NCBI GenBank assembly: GCA_046482545.1
Contig: JAWOEX010000022.1
Coordinates: 62,613-126,612 of the forward strand
Length of the DNA: 64,000 bases
Source of the DNA: Candidatus Thorarchaeota archaeon
GTDB taxonomy: Archaea; Asgardarchaeota; Thorarchaeia; Thorarchaeales; Thorarchaeaceae
Reading direction: 5' to 3'
Position numbers and translations under genes: made by a program. Below the pieces are notes generated by a model, which was not told where the DNA came from, did not search any database, and saw only the letters and a program-made list of their open reading frames with translations. Shown here one piece after another: positions 61,621 to 64,000 of the stretch (its first letter is position 1; the number at the start of each line of letters is the position of its first letter).

Positions 61621-61690
61621 CGGCCAGCGGGAATCGAACCCGCGTCAGAGCCTTGGAAGGGCTCTATCATCGCCACTAGACTATGGCCGC
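61616..61690 (-). tRNA. tRNA-Gly(TCC), CCA encoded
   Basis: GCGGCCA/TGGCCGC-ACCA; GAGCC-CTTCCAA-GGCTC. Confidence 0.95.
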
Positions 61691-61694
61691 AAGT

Positions 61695-62089
61695 ATTCCC
61701 TTGTGGGCGGTCAGTGGAAGGCTGGAATCCGCATCCATCAGGAGCGATTCCTTGCCTGTCCAACTCATCCCCACGAAATTGGGTTTTAAGAGTATTGCTA
61801 ACCCATGCGGATAGTTCAGTGGAAGGCTTGCGTCTTATTTTGCGAGCCATCATCCCCGGCAGGGTGGTCCGCCACCTTGCTGTGGTGGAATGAATCCACT
61901 GATGGAGATGTTCCTGTTGATTTGAGAGGTGAACGTCTCGGACATTTCAGTGGAAGGGTTGGATCTTGCTCTGCGAGCTGCAGGCCCCACAATGAGGGCT
62001 GCAAATGCAGCAGAGTAATCCCCCTGACAAAGCTAGTTCCACTGGCCTGACTAACAGTTTCACGGATAGTTTCAGTGGAAGGCCGCTAT
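61695..62089. repeat. Array of imperfect palindromes ending in TCAGTGGAAGG
   Basis: TCAGTGGAAGG at 61711, 61816, 61947, 62072; reverse arms at 61895 and 62037. Confidence 0.7.
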
Positions 62090-62165
62090 TATGTACTGGA
62101 AGTCATGATCCAATCAGAAAAGTGATTCATCTCCATTACGTGGTTAAGGGCAGAATGACTAGCAT

Positions 62166-62879
62166 CTAAAGGTGAACTGGCCAAGACTCAGGATGGATTC
62201 CTTTTTCATGTAATATCAAAGACACTACGTAGTTGACTACTTCATGCGCTATATTCACACAAAATTTGGCTTCTAAGTAAACCGGATCAGGCTTATGTGC
62301 TCCTTTTCTAGATGCAAGCGAATATGTCGCGCCTAGAAGACTTTCGAATCTCCTTAACCAATCGGCCTCTGTTTTTGAGATTAGGCCTTTCTTGGCAAGG
62401 TCTAATGCAAGATCCTTTACTACTGTGCTTCCTGTTACACTAAGAGTCAGGGCTTCAAGGGCCTTTCGTGCTTGTGATTTGGCGTTTCCCCAATCACTGG
62501 GGTGATTACTCTGAATTAGATCATGGGCTTCACGTAGGTGTTTTTGTACTTCTTCGGAACCCAATGCCTGGAGGACGAGCTTAGTTCCTTCAATCTGCCT
62601 AATGTATCGGTCCCAGAGTGGTTCAAAACTAACTTGAGCGTCCCAGCCCAAGAAAAACAAAGTAGTCCTTGACAAATCCCAATTTAGGCTCAAGAGATTA
62701 CTCTTAATCTTGTTAATGTCCATAGGAACAAGACTTCCTGACTTGTCATGTAATTTCATCTTTCGTGAATACACCATGGCCATGTCGTTGCTGTAATGTA
62801 TTGCGAGGACAACACCATCCTTGCATTGGATTACGAAAAGAGTTTTGTATATCGAGAATGGGGGAGCAGGAAGAATCAT
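62166..62879 (-). CDS. Protein with C-terminal HEPN/Abi-C-like helical domain
   Basis: NAKSQARKALE...SRKGAH...EAKF pattern. Confidence 0.5.
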   Translation of the reverse strand: MILPAPPFSIYKTLFVIQCKDGVVLAIHYSNDMAMVYSRKMKLHDKSGSLVPMDINKIKSNLLSLNWDLSRTTLFFLGWDAQVSFEPLWDRYIRQIEGTKLVLQALGSEEVQKHLREAHDLIQSNHPSDWGNAKSQARKALEALTLSVTGSTVVKDLALDLAKKGLISKTEADWLRRFESLLGATYSLASRKGAHKPDPVYLEAKFCVNIAHEVVNYVVSLILHEKGIHPESWPVHL

Positions 62880-63107
62880 TGATTCTGCCCGCTTTCTACT
62901 CTTTTTGGTTCATACAAGGTATTCCTTACTCAATGGAGTCTGTTCTTTGGATATCTGTCTAAATTCTTTTCGATTGATATCATTTAGGCTCAACACCTTC
63001 TTTCATTCTATCGGTGTATCAGGCACATAACGAAACATAGCAGCAATTGTCTCTTTCCAAATGGAAATATGGCCATTCGCTATTAGTATAATTGTTAGAT
63101 AAGTCAT

Positions 63108-63410
63108 TTAAAATTGTTTATCGATAAATTCACCTAAATCTTTCAGAATGCGCCCCAACCTTTTCCCTTTGTCTGTCAAGGTATGTGTTGTTGGTCGTTT
63201 ACCTTCTTCCACTTGAAGAATACCATGTTTTTCGAGATATCCTCTTTTTTTGGCTAGTTCAGATGAATTGATGCTCGGAAGTGACGAATGTGCTTGACCA
63301 AAGGCCGCGATTTGTGTAGAACTTGCTTTTTCTAACTCATAGAGAGCGAAAACTATAGCTAGCTCTTTCTCTCTATCCTTTAGAAATGAAATGAATGGGC
63401 TTGTGATCAT
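63108..63410 (-). CDS. Small winged-HTH protein
   Basis: LEKHGIL...HTLTDKG. Confidence 0.6.
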   Translation of the reverse strand: MITSPFISFLKDREKELAIVFALYELEKASSTQIAAFGQAHSSLPSINSSELAKKRGYLEKHGILQVEEGKRPTTHTLTDKGKRLGRILKDLGEFIDKQF

Positions 63411-63812
63411 AAAACCTCCTAAACTTTAGTTACTCTTCTTTAGATACTGTTTTTATGTTTGACGCAAGATAATATTTAATTCAATTTCCTTACAGGAATG
63501 ATTTTTCTGACAACATTAGGGAGGCCCAAAGGTTCTAGAGCAAGTATCCTTGTTTTAGATTCAGAAGCTCTACGGCCGCTTTCCAATTGGGATGGAATCG
63601 AGTATTGATTTAAGGGTAACGACGCAGTACATGGGCTACAGATTGGAGTGGAAGGGCGGATCTTGTGATATTGGTCCATATCCAACCAGAATTGGAAAGT
63701 CGTTACATTGGAGGAGAACTCACACATTTCAGCAGAACCAATAAGGAAAAGCAATTGAGTCCCTTCACGTGCTGATATGCAGAAAGAGTAGCATCAAAGG
63801 AACATGACAGAA

Positions 63813-64000
63813 ATGGGACGGAGATTCGGCTTTGCCGAGTTGGAAGACGAAGACCTAGTCATAGACGCAACGTACGAAGGGGTACGCGAGGAAACGTTGG
63901 TGATGAGCCACTAGCAAAGCTTGTGCCATGTGGCAATCAGGGCGGATTCCACTACAACAAGGACGAGGAGGGCACACCGGTAATTGCATATCTTGATAAG
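63813..64000 (+). pseudogene. AspBHI-like restriction enzyme N-terminal fragment, copy 2 (frameshifted, runs off window)
   Basis: MGRRFGFAELEDEDLVIDATYEG, 1-nt frameshift, then GNVGDEPLAKLVPCGNQGGFHY. Confidence 0.65.

Noticed and set aside
61474-62050. Short ORFs over tRNA-Gly and the palindrome array
   Set aside because: They overlap RNA and repeat features and have no recognisable protein motifs.
61695-62089. CRISPR array next to the Cas12f-like gene
   Set aside because: The conserved core is only 11-19 nt, spacing is irregular (105-131 nt), units are palindromic, and no cas1/cas2 is present.
62880-62995. In-frame TGA (62910-62912) upstream of the HEPN-like ORF as a selenocysteine codon
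   Set aside because: No redox motif or recognisable SECIS; a nonsense mutation or chance open frame is more likely.

Overview
Archaeal chromosomal window, most likely an Asgard archaeon (Thorarchaeia-like; inferred from a ribophorin I homologue plus archaeal informational genes and gene order). Bases 1-35.6 kb are mostly core housekeeping: NMD3-aIF1A-RIO1-Pno1-top6B-top6A, a GPT/AglH gene divergent from a ribophorin-I fusion protein, gcvPA/PB, the ftsZ-secE-spt5-rpl11-rpl1-rplP0-rpl12 cluster, and the rps19e...rpl39e-rpl31e-aIF6-rplX-pfdA-ftsY cluster. Five tRNAs are present, two with BHB introns (one in the T-loop). Bases 35.6-53 kb are accessory metabolism and regulation: ferredoxins, a split PEP-synthase-like kinase with SixA, PadR, gdhA, an S9 peptidase and an MFS transporter. 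Bases 53-64 kb are a mobile/defence-like region around tRNA-Gly. It holds two PD-(D/E)xK nucleases (one of 1533 aa), a TnpB with a rearranged Fanzor-type RuvC, a palindrome array, and two inverted pseudogene copies of an AspBHI-like gene. The most striking observation is that the ~300-nt 3' region of tnpB (the expected omegaRNA scaffold) has protein-less homologous copies in core intergenic regions at ~25.3-25.6 kb and ~30.0-30.2 kb, each followed by a different would-be guide. Other highlights are a DOMON[FKBP]-Ig-ribophorin I fusion, a zinc finger inserted in Spt5, and an unannotated 26-aa sORF. All alignments and identity counts were done by eye; no searches were run.
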